64,000 nucleotides of DNA from Antechinus flavipes (taxonomy: Eukaryota): contig NC_067400.1 of assembly GCF_016432865.1 (NCBI RefSeq), forward strand, positions 533,200,001 to 533,264,000, written 5' to 3'. Each line of letters opens with the position of its first letter. The first letter of the stretch is position 1. This document shows positions 53,693 to 64,000 of the stretch, one piece after another. Both the position numbers and the translations under genes were made by a program. Under the pieces are notes generated by a model. The model made no database searches and was not told where the DNA came from. It saw only the letters and a list, made by a program, of their open reading frames with translations.

Positions 53693-53761
53693 AATGTCAT
53701 AAATTCAAAGTTGTACTTGAGACTTAAATAATGTCATAATTTCAAAGTTGTACTTGAGACT
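53693..53761 (+). repeat. 37-bp-period tandem duplication
   Basis: aatgtcataa(a/t)ttcaaagttgtacttgagact twice, one mismatch in 32 bp. Confidence 0.95.
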
Positions 53762-55352
53762 AACGTAAAGTATAAATGAAGGGCTAGCTCCAAAAAGAGT
53801 CTGGGGCCAATGCCATAACAAGGAAAAATAGAGAGGTGAATTCAACTATTTATTGAATGTCTTCTATGTATAAGACTTAGGTTTAAAAGTCAAAGAGTGA
53901 GAGATCTATAGAAATATAGATCCTTATCTCAAGGAATATGTAGTCACACAGTCAGAACACAAATTACTGGAAACAACATAGCAAATTCCACATGAGAAGA
54001 CTATCTCCACTACTAAAATATTTGTTCATGGATAAATTGTTATATTTCTCTGAGCCTTATTTGCCTTATCTACAAGATGGGAATAATAATTGCCTGCAGA
54101 ACCAACCACACAAAATTAGAAAATGCAAGCACTGGAAAGGTCATCCAATCCAACTTATATGCCAAAAAAAAAAAAAAAAAAAATCTCCCTTTACAACATA
54201 CCTAACAAATGGTCATCTGGCCTCTGGTTGAAGACCTCCAAAAAGAAAGTAACAAAGGAATCCAAAGAACAAATCGAATTGTTAGGAAATCTTTCCTATC
54301 ATCTAGTCTAGATTCTTTCAAACTTTGACTATGGAACTCCCACATGACTATTGTGAAGGTCAAATGAGATGACCCACTGTAAACCTTAAAGCTGTATACA
54401 ATATTGTCAATAATATTGAGTGACATATGAATAATATATCACCAGTAAATGTGAGTTCTAAGAAGGGAAATAGAACCTCTGTCTAGGATATCAATAGAGG
54501 TTTCACAGGAAAAGTGGGATATGAGGTAGAAGGAGTAAGATTTTAATAGGCTTAAGTTGAAGAGAAGATACATTACATTAAGTGAAAGGTATAAGGTAAG
54601 ATTCAGGGAAGGGAAAATACAATTATTTTGAAAGACTAGTAAGTAGATCAGTTGGAACAGAGTGAGAAATAAGACACAGTTTAGTTAAGGATTTCCACAC
54701 AGAGTGGGAGCTATTAAATGATAGGGTAAAGCTTTATTCTAGTCAGTAGAGAATTAATCAAGGTTATATAACATGATCCAAATGATGTTTCTAGAAAGTT
54801 ATCTGTAAGCAGCATATAAGATTTATCATAGGAGGGAAAGAATGGCTGCAGAGAGATCACTGTATTTGAAACTAAAGGGAACTAATCTAGTTCTATTTTC
54901 CCATTTTACATTGGGAAACCTTGGGTCCACAAAGGATGAATGATATGTTTAGATCACACAGATAGTAAGTAGCTAAGACCAGATTCAAAACTAGGTCCTC
55001 TGATTCCAAAATCAGTGTTCTTACTAGGAACTAATCTAGACTCACAACTGTTCTCTCCAACTATGTAGCTACTGAAATAGATTTGTTTCTCAAAAGTTAT
55101 GGGTAAATTGAATTTTTGTAAAGAAAATTATATCTCTAATGAATTAGGGCAGCTTCTTATTTAAAGAAACTTAATCCTTGGGGAAGAACAAATAATCCTG
55201 CTATGGTACTATTAAAATAATTCATCTTATAAATTCTTTCATATACTGGGGACCACTGTATAATAATGCATGAATTTTGTAGTCTATCAATCTCATCTAT
55301 GCTACTTATCTGGACATGCTGAACCATTTTTGGGACCACACACCACACACAA

Positions 55353-55429
<77 letters not shown>

Positions 55430-55436
55430 AGAGAGA
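55353..55436. repeat. (GA)n microsatellite
   Basis: Long GA run. Confidence 0.95.
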
Positions 55437-57657
55437 AACTACCAAGAAGCCATTATAAATAAGCATGTAAAGGGTTTCCTACAATCTATGGCTCTGATAC
55501 GAATCTGCCCACAAATTTGAGTTGTATTTTCATGGAGACATATAGTGTGTGAACTAAGCCTAGTAAAAACAGTTCCAATCTACATGCATTAACCCTTCAG
55601 ATGAAATAGTACTGTGAGACACATGAAAAAATGCTACTGATTAAGTAAAATGTCACTGAACAAATGCCAAAATTAGCTCCAACTATAAAGCAGTTCTCTC
55701 TGAACTCTTAGGAAACCAAAAAAAAAAAAAAAAATCTAGGTTGGATTTTCATAAATTTACATAGATTTCCCAGCTTTGCACTTTTTGATAAGTGGCAAAA
55801 ACTGAAGCAGATTAATGATTTGAAAATTATTAAGGACAACGGGAGACTTAACTAAAAGATTTTGTACAACCTTTAACAAGCAGGGATTCAGGCTAAGGGC
55901 AAAATCATTACAGTATGTGTAATGGCTGGGTACAAGAATGTTCAGCATTCCCAAGACATGCAGAAGAGAAAGCCTATTTCATTTTGTAATTGGCTCCCTT
56001 GAAAAATATTTCTAAGAATATTAAAAATAGATGAAACAGTACTTCCGGACTTCAGTGATCAATGACTTCATGCAGATGCTCCCCATGCCCCAATGTAGGC
56101 TAAAACTTCTAGGTGATCATCACCAGTTACTTGTGGCTAAAAAAAAAAAAAAAAAAAAAAAATTATAGCTGGATCTCCATTGGTGCGAATAATGAATCCC
56201 ACAACCTATCTGAATCATTGGGCATAACCAATTAATTTTTTTTTTACATAATTATAACTGAATAGTGCAAATCTGAATACATGCCACTATTCCACAGGAT
56301 TCATTATTCCAACTAATTGAACTAGCTATAATGATCTAGTGATCTCAGCAAATAGCCAGGCTTGTCATTAGAAAACCAACAGACACATAGAGATGGTCAC
56401 CAGGCCAAGGCTTGGATATTTTCCAGGCTTGTGTTCTCTTACCATAATCTTCAATGACCCAGGATAACTTCCCTACCATAATGAGATAAGGGAGGAAGAT
56501 TTTAGTAAAACAAGAGGAAATAAATATATTTAGTAGCAGTCTTCCAGTCAACCCTAGATTATATCATTAGCTCCTTAAGATTTAAAGGCATAGCTGAAAC
56601 CAAGAACTGGTTGAAGGAAATATAATTTCAGTTCAATATGAGCAAAGTGGTCATGACAATGGGTAAATAATTGAGGATATGTTATACAGTAATTCATGAA
56701 CTCTGAGATGACCAATGATGATCTTTCTAATGTACAATTTCTAAAAAAGTACAGAATCTGAAATTTAGAACTAGAATACTCATTGGATATTTATCTATTT
56801 CCCACTTCCAAAATGGTTGAAAGGTCCTGATCCATTTACCTAAGATCATTCAGATAGTCAGTGGAAAAACCAAGGTTTAAATTCAGCTATCTTGATGACC
56901 AATGAAGTGTTCCTTCCACTAGAGCAAAACCTACTAGTCCTTATGCAAAAGGACAGGAGGATTAGCTAGAAAATTAAATAAATTATGTATCCTGGAGCAC
57001 AATCTTGAAGAGGATCAAATGAACTAAGCTATTGTTAAACAATATCACAGAAAATGCATAGCTTCCCTTCATCAAGGTGAATCACAGATAAGAATAACAG
57101 CAAGAAAAGTACACAAAGAACAAAGAGCCACTGATATGCTTAAAACTGACCATCCCAATTTAAATAATCAATGGAACCACTAAGAATTAAAGAACTCTAC
57201 TAATAATTAGGGGTTTATATTTGGTCAAATCTCTAGCAAAGCAAAAGACCCAGTTGGATTCAGTCAACGAAATAGGGAACAGGAATAGGACTGTCTTCTA
57301 TATTATCTTCTACATTACTGTCTTCTACTATTTTCAATCCATGTAACTGTAGGAAATATTCCCAGAATGTTCCTCCCCCAAAGGATAAGCAGTATTTAAC
57401 TGGAATAATTAAATTTTCAAGCACATTGTCAAGAAGACAAGCACCAGTATCACACATTGTCCTAGATTAGGGTTGGAAACAAGCTACAGGGGGGATATTT
57501 TCAAATACCACACTATTTTAAATCCCTCCTTTAAATTGTTATGCTTTTTGGTGAAGATAACCCAGTATAGGAATACATAAAAGAAACAGTAGATATAATA
57601 TCTTTCCTCAAGAGGTTTACTAAAGGGAAAAGATTCCTTTAAGAAAAGGACATAATT

Positions 57658-58601
57658 CAAATGAAAAGATGCTCTAAATCATTATTCATCAGAGAAATAC
57701 AAATTAAGACAACTCTGAGATATCACTACACACCTCTCAGATTGGCTAAGATGACAGGAAAAGATAACGATGAATGTTGGAGGGGGGGTGGGAAACTGAG
57801 ACACTAATGCATTGTTGGTGGAATTGTAAGTGGATCCAACCAATCTGGAAAGCAATTTGGAACTATGCCTATAGGGCTTATATCCCAAAGAGATCTTAAA
57901 GAAGGGAAAGGGACCCACATATGCAAAAATGTTTGTGGCACCCCTTTTTTTAGTGGCAAGAAACTGGATGTGGAGTGGATGCCCATCAGTTGGAGAATCG
58001 CTGAATAAGTTAGAGTATATGAATGTTTTGGAATATTATTGTTCTATAAGAAATGATCAGCAGGATGATTTCAGAGATGCCTGGAGAGACTTACATGAAC
58101 TGATGTTGAGTGAAATGAGCAGAACCAAGAGATCATTCTACATGGCAACAACAAGATAATACGATGATCAATTCTGATGGACATAGCTCTCTTCAACAAT
58201 GAGATGATCCAGGCCAGTTCCAATGATCTTATGCTGAAGAGAGCCATCTATACCCAGAGAGAGCACTGTGGGAACTGAGTGTGGTTCACAACATAGCATC
58301 TTCACTATTTTTGTTGTTGTTGTTGGCTTGCATTTTATTTTCTTTCTCATTTTTTTCTAGTTTGATGTGATTTTTCTTATGCAGCAAGATAATTGTATAA
58401 ATATGTATGCATATATTGGATTTAACATATATTTCTACCATGTTTAACATATATTGGACTACTTGCCATCTAGGGAAGAGAGGAGGAAAGGGGGGAGAAA
58501 TTAGAACACAAGATTTGGTAAGGGTTAATGCCGAAGAATTATCCATGCATATGTTTTGAAAAATAAAAAGCTTTAATTTTAAAAAGTGAACATGCAAAAA
58601 A
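57658..58601 (+). mobile_element. 5'-truncated L1
   Basis: ORF 57929-58159 is an ORF2 end relic. TSD core aggacataatt at ~57647-57657 and ~58605-58615. Confidence 0.92.
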
Positions 58602-58989
58602 AAGAGGACATAATTACAGATGATTAATAACTTAGATTCTTACTCTCTAGGACCAAAATCTTAGTTGAAAGAAATCTTTTCTTTCTCAAATTCTTCACTG
58701 TAATGCTTAGGCTTCTTGACTTTGTACTTAGCATATATTTCTTTGTGGTTATTTTGGAGTTTATCATTATTTTTCTCCAACAAATAGCAAGCTCCTAAAG
58801 GATAAATTATGTCTTATTTCATCTTTTTTATCTATAGCAGTTTATCCATTATTCATACACACACACAGTAGGCATTTAAAACTGTAGAAATTAATTAAAT
58901 ACAAATGATAATTCATTTGTAGGAGTCTAATAATTGCCTTATATGTTTAAGACAATTTTTGTAAATGCAAATTAGGGGCTTTTTGGATA

Positions 58990-59380
58990 CAAAGTGAAAT
59001 GGACAGCATTCTGGATTTGGAGTGAAAGGTTCTAGATTCAAATTCTATTTCTTCCAATCCTACCTGTTTGATTTGGAGCAAATCATATAACTTCTCTGGG
59101 TCTCAATCTCCTTAATTGTAAAAAGAAGGAGTTGAAGTAGATTACCTCAAAAATCCCTCTCATTTCTGCATCTATAATCGTCTGGAGTCAGAAAGATTTG
59201 AGTTGAAATATAATTTCAGATATTTACTAGATGCATGATCCTGGGTGAGTCACTTACCTCTGCCTCAGTTTGTTCAGCATCAAAAATGACAGCATCTACC
59301 TTATAAGTTATGCTTTTCAAATGAGATGATATTTATAAGGTGCTTAGTGTAGTGCTTGGCACCCAATAGAAGCTTGATAA
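58990..59380 (+). mobile_element. Two MIR-family SINEs
   Basis: tRNA-like heads and cores (cctgggtgagtcacttacctctgcctcagttt). Confidence 0.7.
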
Positions 59381-59534
59381 ATGTTTCCCTTTTCCTCCCA
59401 GTACAGAGGAACTCTTTCACTACTCTATGTCAGATGCCCAGCAAAGTTTCCCTATTCTGGTCTTCCTATTGGAATCCAGCATTTGCTTCCTGATACCCAA
59501 GCTTTAGTCATTAATGATTTAGAAATTAAATAGG

Positions 59535-60050
59535 AGCATGTACATCAGTGCTCTTAGGCGTGAAATCTTCAGCAGCCTAATGGTTTGGTGGTGCAAGCTT
59601 TTATGCATAAGGAACAAACAAAGTAACTTGTAAGTGTCATTTAAATTTTATGTGTCAGCACTTGCTGGCAGTGAAATATTCATCCGCCAATGGTGCGCCA
59701 GTGAAATGTTTATGCATAGGGGCAACAATTCGGAAATGAACATCTGTGGTAAAAATTTTATGTGTCACTGCTTATGGCTGTGAAATAAATGGCAGCTGTA
59801 ATGTGATGGTTAGATGAATTTATGTCAAGGGCTAAGGGGAGGAAATAATCACCATGGTCAAATTCTTACTGATGCTATTGTTTAAGGGCAGTAAAATAAA
59901 TATCTATTAATTACATGAAGGTTAAAAGTGTTTATGTTTAGGACTAAGGAAACATAGCCACTGCTAAATTATTATATTTATGTCAGTGATCAGAGATAAA
60001 TGAGTTTGCACCAATGAGGCTACCCTGAGCTGTTTATGTAGCAAAATCTT
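59535..60050 (+). repeat. Degenerate ~110-bp tandem array (ancient conserved element, possibly MER135-like)
   Basis: TTTATG at 59600, 59709, 59819, 59931 and 60033. A second TTTATG at +47/48 in three units. GG(C)AGTGAAAT-like motif at 59557, 59667, 59776 and 59887. Confidence 0.75.
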
Positions 60051-60639
60051 CAGAGAAGAGCCAGGAGGTCAATGGTTCCTGAGATTAAATATTGTATTAC
60101 AATATATCTATTGCATTAAAGAAACAGTGCTCTCCTGTCTTTTGGAGTTGATTGGGATGGAAGAAAAGGCAATTTCTCATCTATTAAAAAGATATTTTTA
60201 TTAAAAGAATACCTCAGAGAATCCTGTTTATTCACCCCTTTAGTTCATTATGTCTGTGATAAATTGATAAATTGAACAGTATGATCCATGGAGAAAACTT
60301 TTATATACTTGTTTTCCCTTTTTTTAAAGTTGGGTAGATTGCTTTGCTTAGGTCAAGACGACCTGGATTTGAATCACACTTTGTGATTTGAGACAAATCT
60401 TCTGTATCTCTGTAACAGTTCTTAAGATTAGAAAGGGACCTATGTAAAATGCTTCGCAAAGCTTTTTTTTTTTTTTTTTTTGAGACCTTGGAACTCTCTG
60501 TGTAGGCAGCTTTTATACAAGGCAGGGTGGGCAGCAATGATCATAAGGAGAGCTAGCATAAGAACACTCCTTTAAAAGTTCAGACTCTCTGGAACCCTGA
60601 AAGCAAATGGAAAGGGATGCTTGGTACATGTAAAAGAGC

Positions 60640-60730
60640 TGTTTAGTGCTATTTATACACATTGAACAGAGTAACTTGTAATTGTCATTTAAATTTTATG
60701 CCTCTGCATTTGGGGCAGTGCTGTATTTAT
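60640..60730 (+). repeat. Detached copy of the array unit
   Basis: 60665-60700 matches 59617-59652 at 34/36 nt. Confidence 0.85.
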
Positions 60731-60949
60731 TTTTGTTGAAAGGCAGTAGAGAAAAGCAGAGAGCCAGATTAGCAGTCCAGAAGACCTGAGTGCAAGTCTT
60801 GCTTCTGGAACAAGCAGGCTTTGTGAGCTCAGGGAAATCATTTCTTAGTGTTTGGGGAAACTGTCTTAAGATGCTAAATTGCAGGGAAGGTGCTAATCTG
60901 CACTGAGAGTGGGAGATTTCTTAATGGGAGTTCCTTTACTACACAAACC

Positions 60950-61470
60950 AAGTCTGTGTCATTATCATTGTGGAGTCATTTGTTTTATCCAACTTTCCAT
61001 GATCCATTTAGAGTTTTACTGGCAAAGATGCTATAACAGTGTCCCATCTCCTCTCTCAGCTCATTTTGCAGAAGAGGGAATGGATACAAATGGGGTTAAG
61101 TGATATGGCCAGGTTCATTCAGCTATTAAGTGTTTAGACCAAATTTGAATTCAGGAAGATGAGTTTTCCTGACTCCAGGCCTGGTGCTCTATCACTGTGC
61201 TACTTAGATGCTGATCAAGTCTATATTCCATATTATTATTGTTACTGTTTAGTTGTTATTGAATTGTCATGTGGCCTCTCCATGACCTCATTTGGTGTTT
61301 TCTTGGCAAACATACTAGAATGGTGTGCCATTTCCTTCTCCAGTTCATTTTATAGAAGAGAAAGCTGAGGAAAATGGGAGTAAGTGACTTGTCCAGGTTC
61401 ACCCAGACACTTGAACTCAGGTCCTCCTGACTCCAGAGCTAGAGTTTCAACCACTGTATCTCCTAGCTTC
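60950..61470 (-). mobile_element. Two MAR1-type SINEs
   Basis: atttggtgttttcttggcaaacatactagaatggtgtgccatttccttctccagttc..gaactcaggtcctcctgactcc. Confidence 0.75.
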
Positions 61471-61799
61471 CCATTTACTATTGTTCTGCAGCATAACATT
61501 TTTTATTTCTACTTTTTTTTAATATACAGAAATAAGAATTATCAAATTATGATAATTTATTTTAAATTTCCTTAACAATTCCTGTTACTTTAATGACCTG
61601 GTTAAGATTCATTTTCTTTCATTCATAGCTTTGTTTCTGAGAGGAAGATCCCAGGTATTTTAACAAGGGAAGATGTCAAAAGAGATGTTTATTCTCTCAG
61701 GGCATGAGTAGTTCTGAATATAGAGCTACTAATAGACTGCCAGGGGGAAGAGGGAGGAAATAATCAACACCTTCTCTCAGTGCTATTGTTTAGTATATT

Positions 61800-62420
61800 A
61801 TATAAATGAAAAGTAATCACACTGAGGTTTGGGGTGGGGGAAAAAAGGGACCAGGAAAGGCCTCCTACAGGCAGTGGGATTCAAGTTGAGTCTTGAAGAA
61901 AGACAAGCTGCAGAAGTGAGGAAGGAAAAAGCATTCTACACAGGAGGGACAACTAGTGAAAAGGCATGTAAATGGAAATCAAGTCGCATATGAGTAGCTT
62001 GCATAGGAAACAGAAGTTGATGAGCATAGGATGATGCTAAGGTTATAAGCCTGATGTTTGGGAAGATGATAATACCTTTGATGATAATAAGGAAGTTGGG
62101 AAGAAAGGAGGATTTGAGGGAAAGAATCCGTTCTGCTTTGGATGTCTTGAGTTTGAGATGCCTAGGAGACATCTGATTTAAGATGTCCAAATGTCAGGTG
62201 GTGATGCAGCACCACAGCTCAGAAAAGGAATTCCAGTTCCTGGAATCTTCTTTAGAGACCTTCTGATAAAATGTTCCAGAACCATATGACAGAGGGAAAA
62301 CAGAAGGTGGCATCTTGGTGGACACTAGCATTAGAAGATGTGATCTAGATAAAGATCCAGAAGAGACTGAGAAGTATTGTGACAAGAAAGAAGAGACCCA
62401 TAGATGATAAATAGATATGG
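61800..62420 (-). mobile_element. L2 relic
   Basis: gttgagtcttgaagaaag..aagcattctaca..gtcttgagtttgagatgcc. Confidence 0.7.
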
Positions 62421-62459
62421 AAAGAGAGAGATACAGATACAGAGACATAAACAGAGACA

Positions 62460-62796
62460 NNNNNNNNNNNNNNNNNNNNNNNNNNNNNNNNNNNNNNNNN
62501 NNNNNNNNNNNNNNNNNNNNNNNNNNNNNNNNNNNNNNNNNNNNNNNNNNNNNNNNNNNNNNNNNNNNNNNNNNNNNNNNNNNNNNNNNNNNNNNNNNNN
62601 NNNNNNNNNNNNNNNNNNNNNNNNNNNNNNNNNNNNNNNNNNNNNNNNNNNNNNNNNNNNNNNNNNNNNNNNNNNNNNNNNNNNNNNNNNNNNNNNNNNN
62701 NNNNNNNNNNNNNNNNNNNNNNNNNNNNNNNNNNNNNNNNNNNNNNNNNNNNNNNNNNNNNNNNNNNNNNNNNNNNNNNNNNNNNNNNNNNNNNNN
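62460..62796. other. Assembly gap
   Basis: N run between GA/AGAC-rich repeats. Confidence 1.
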
Positions 62797-63352
62797 GATG
62801 CCTGGCATATAATGGGTGGCTAAAAAAGCTAAATAAGGATGGATAAATAGATGAAGGAAAGATAAATGATAGATGGATAGGAAAAATAAATTAAAAGGCA
62901 TAAATATATGAAGGAAAGATAGCTGTCTATATTTTTTTATTTTTATAGGTGAGGGAATTGAGATTCTGAAAAGTTATGTAACAATAGCAATAACAATAAT
63001 AACAACAATAATTAATATGATCATTATTATAATTAGAACTTAGTGTTTTAAGGTTTCTAAAGAGATTTACATATATTATTTCAGTTTTTTTCTACATATG
63101 GGGATAAAATGTCCCATTTTCTGGGACATAGGTGCTTTTGTGATACCCATTTTGTAGATGAGAAAACTAAGATAGACAGAAATGAAGTCACTTGCCTGGG
63201 ATCATGCAGCTGGTAAATCTCTGGGATTAAATGTGAGCTCAGGCCCTACAGATTCTTTGGTCTCTAACTCTCTCCACATTGCCATATAGGCTATCATTAT
63301 GCAGCACTCAAACCTCAGGCTCCTCACTCCAAATCTAATGAGCTGTCCACAA

Positions 63353-63354
<2 letters not shown>

Positions 63355-63393
<39 letters not shown>
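63355..63393. repeat. (GT)n microsatellite
   Basis: Perfect GT run. Confidence 0.95.
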
Positions 63394-63397
<4 letters not shown>

Positions 63398-63789
63398 ACA
63401 ACCATTCACTACATATGCATAGACATGTGTATGCATTTATATTAAGGGATCTCAAATCTAACAACTAATACCTGGGTATGGCCATGGGCGGGGTGTGGGA
63501 GGGAATAGCATAAGAAAAGGAGATCATTACTCTTCTTTCTATTGCTTCCCCATTATTTCCCTATTTTCTGGGTGAGGGGGATAGAGTGGAAGGAAAGGAC
63601 ATATCAGCCTAGACAGACATGGAAATTCATCTTTGAAAGCAAGAAGATGAGTTCAAATTTCTCCTCTAGCAATGTGACCCTACAAGGAAAGAAGAGAGAA
63701 AGAAAAAAAAGACAACTTGTAGAGAACTATATGCAAACAAGATACAAACAGAATAAATCTCAGAGGAAAAAGTCACTAACATGAAAGAG

Positions 63790-64000
63790 AACCAGGAAAG
63801 GCTTCTTTTAAAAGGTAGGATTTTAACTTGGACTTGAATAAATCCAGGGAAGCCAGGAGGCAGAAATTATGAGGGAGTTAATTCCAGGCATGAGAGACAG
63901 GCAGGGGAAATGTACTGAGCCTAAAGATGGAATGTCTCACATAAGTAACAGCAAGGAGACCAAACAGTATGTGGGGTAAAAGAAAGCAGAAGAAGACTGG
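63790..64000 (-). mobile_element. L2 fragment running off the window end
   Basis: ggattttaacttggacttgaa..attccaggcatgagagacagg. Confidence 0.65.

Noticed and set aside
1669-58159. ORFs with KMFVAALFVVARNWK / WYMNVMEYY motifs as host genes
   Set aside because: They are frameshifted L1 ORF2 C-terminal relics flanked by TSDs and polyA tails.
59535-60730. CRISPR-like reading of the periodic array and of the 36-37-bp duplications
   Set aside because: The context is mammalian, there are no identical repeats with unique spacers, and there are no cas genes.
8628-62901. Longest ORFs in the track (8628-9179, 43671-43905, 62194-62901 and overlapping frames)
   Set aside because: Their length comes from reading through N gaps.
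63486-63503. Canonical G-quadruplex / GC-box motif gggcggggtgtgggaggg as a promoter
   Set aside because: It is isolated, with no CpG island or other promoter evidence.

Overview
AT-rich, CpG-depleted marsupial DNA, almost certainly from a dasyurid such as the Tasmanian devil. The evidence is an OC1-type hAT MITE, MAR1/MIR SINEs, RTE relics and marsupial L1 3' ends. There are three N gaps. No protein-coding gene is supported: every informative ORF in the track is an L1 or RTE relic, spans a gap, or is background. The window is intronic or intergenic and dominated by transposable elements: many 5'-truncated L1 copies with readable target-site duplications (TSDs), L2, L3/CR1, RTE, SINEs, three solo-LTR-like elements, hAT MITEs and an internally deleted Tigger1. 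The most unusual structure is a degenerate ~110-bp tandem array at ~59.5-60.05 kb with fixed spacing of TTTATG, TGTCA and GGCAGTGAAAT motifs. It has a detached near-identical core copy at 60.67 kb and a probable inverted copy at 21.8 kb, and may be an ancient exapted element (MER135-like, from recollection only). Also notable: a perfect 28-bp-arm palindrome inside an old L1, an exact 81-bp local copy replacing part of an L1, and an OC1 MITE with a rearranged end and no TSD inside an LTR. Repeat family names are by recognition, not database search. Boundaries not defined by a TSD or TIR are approximate.
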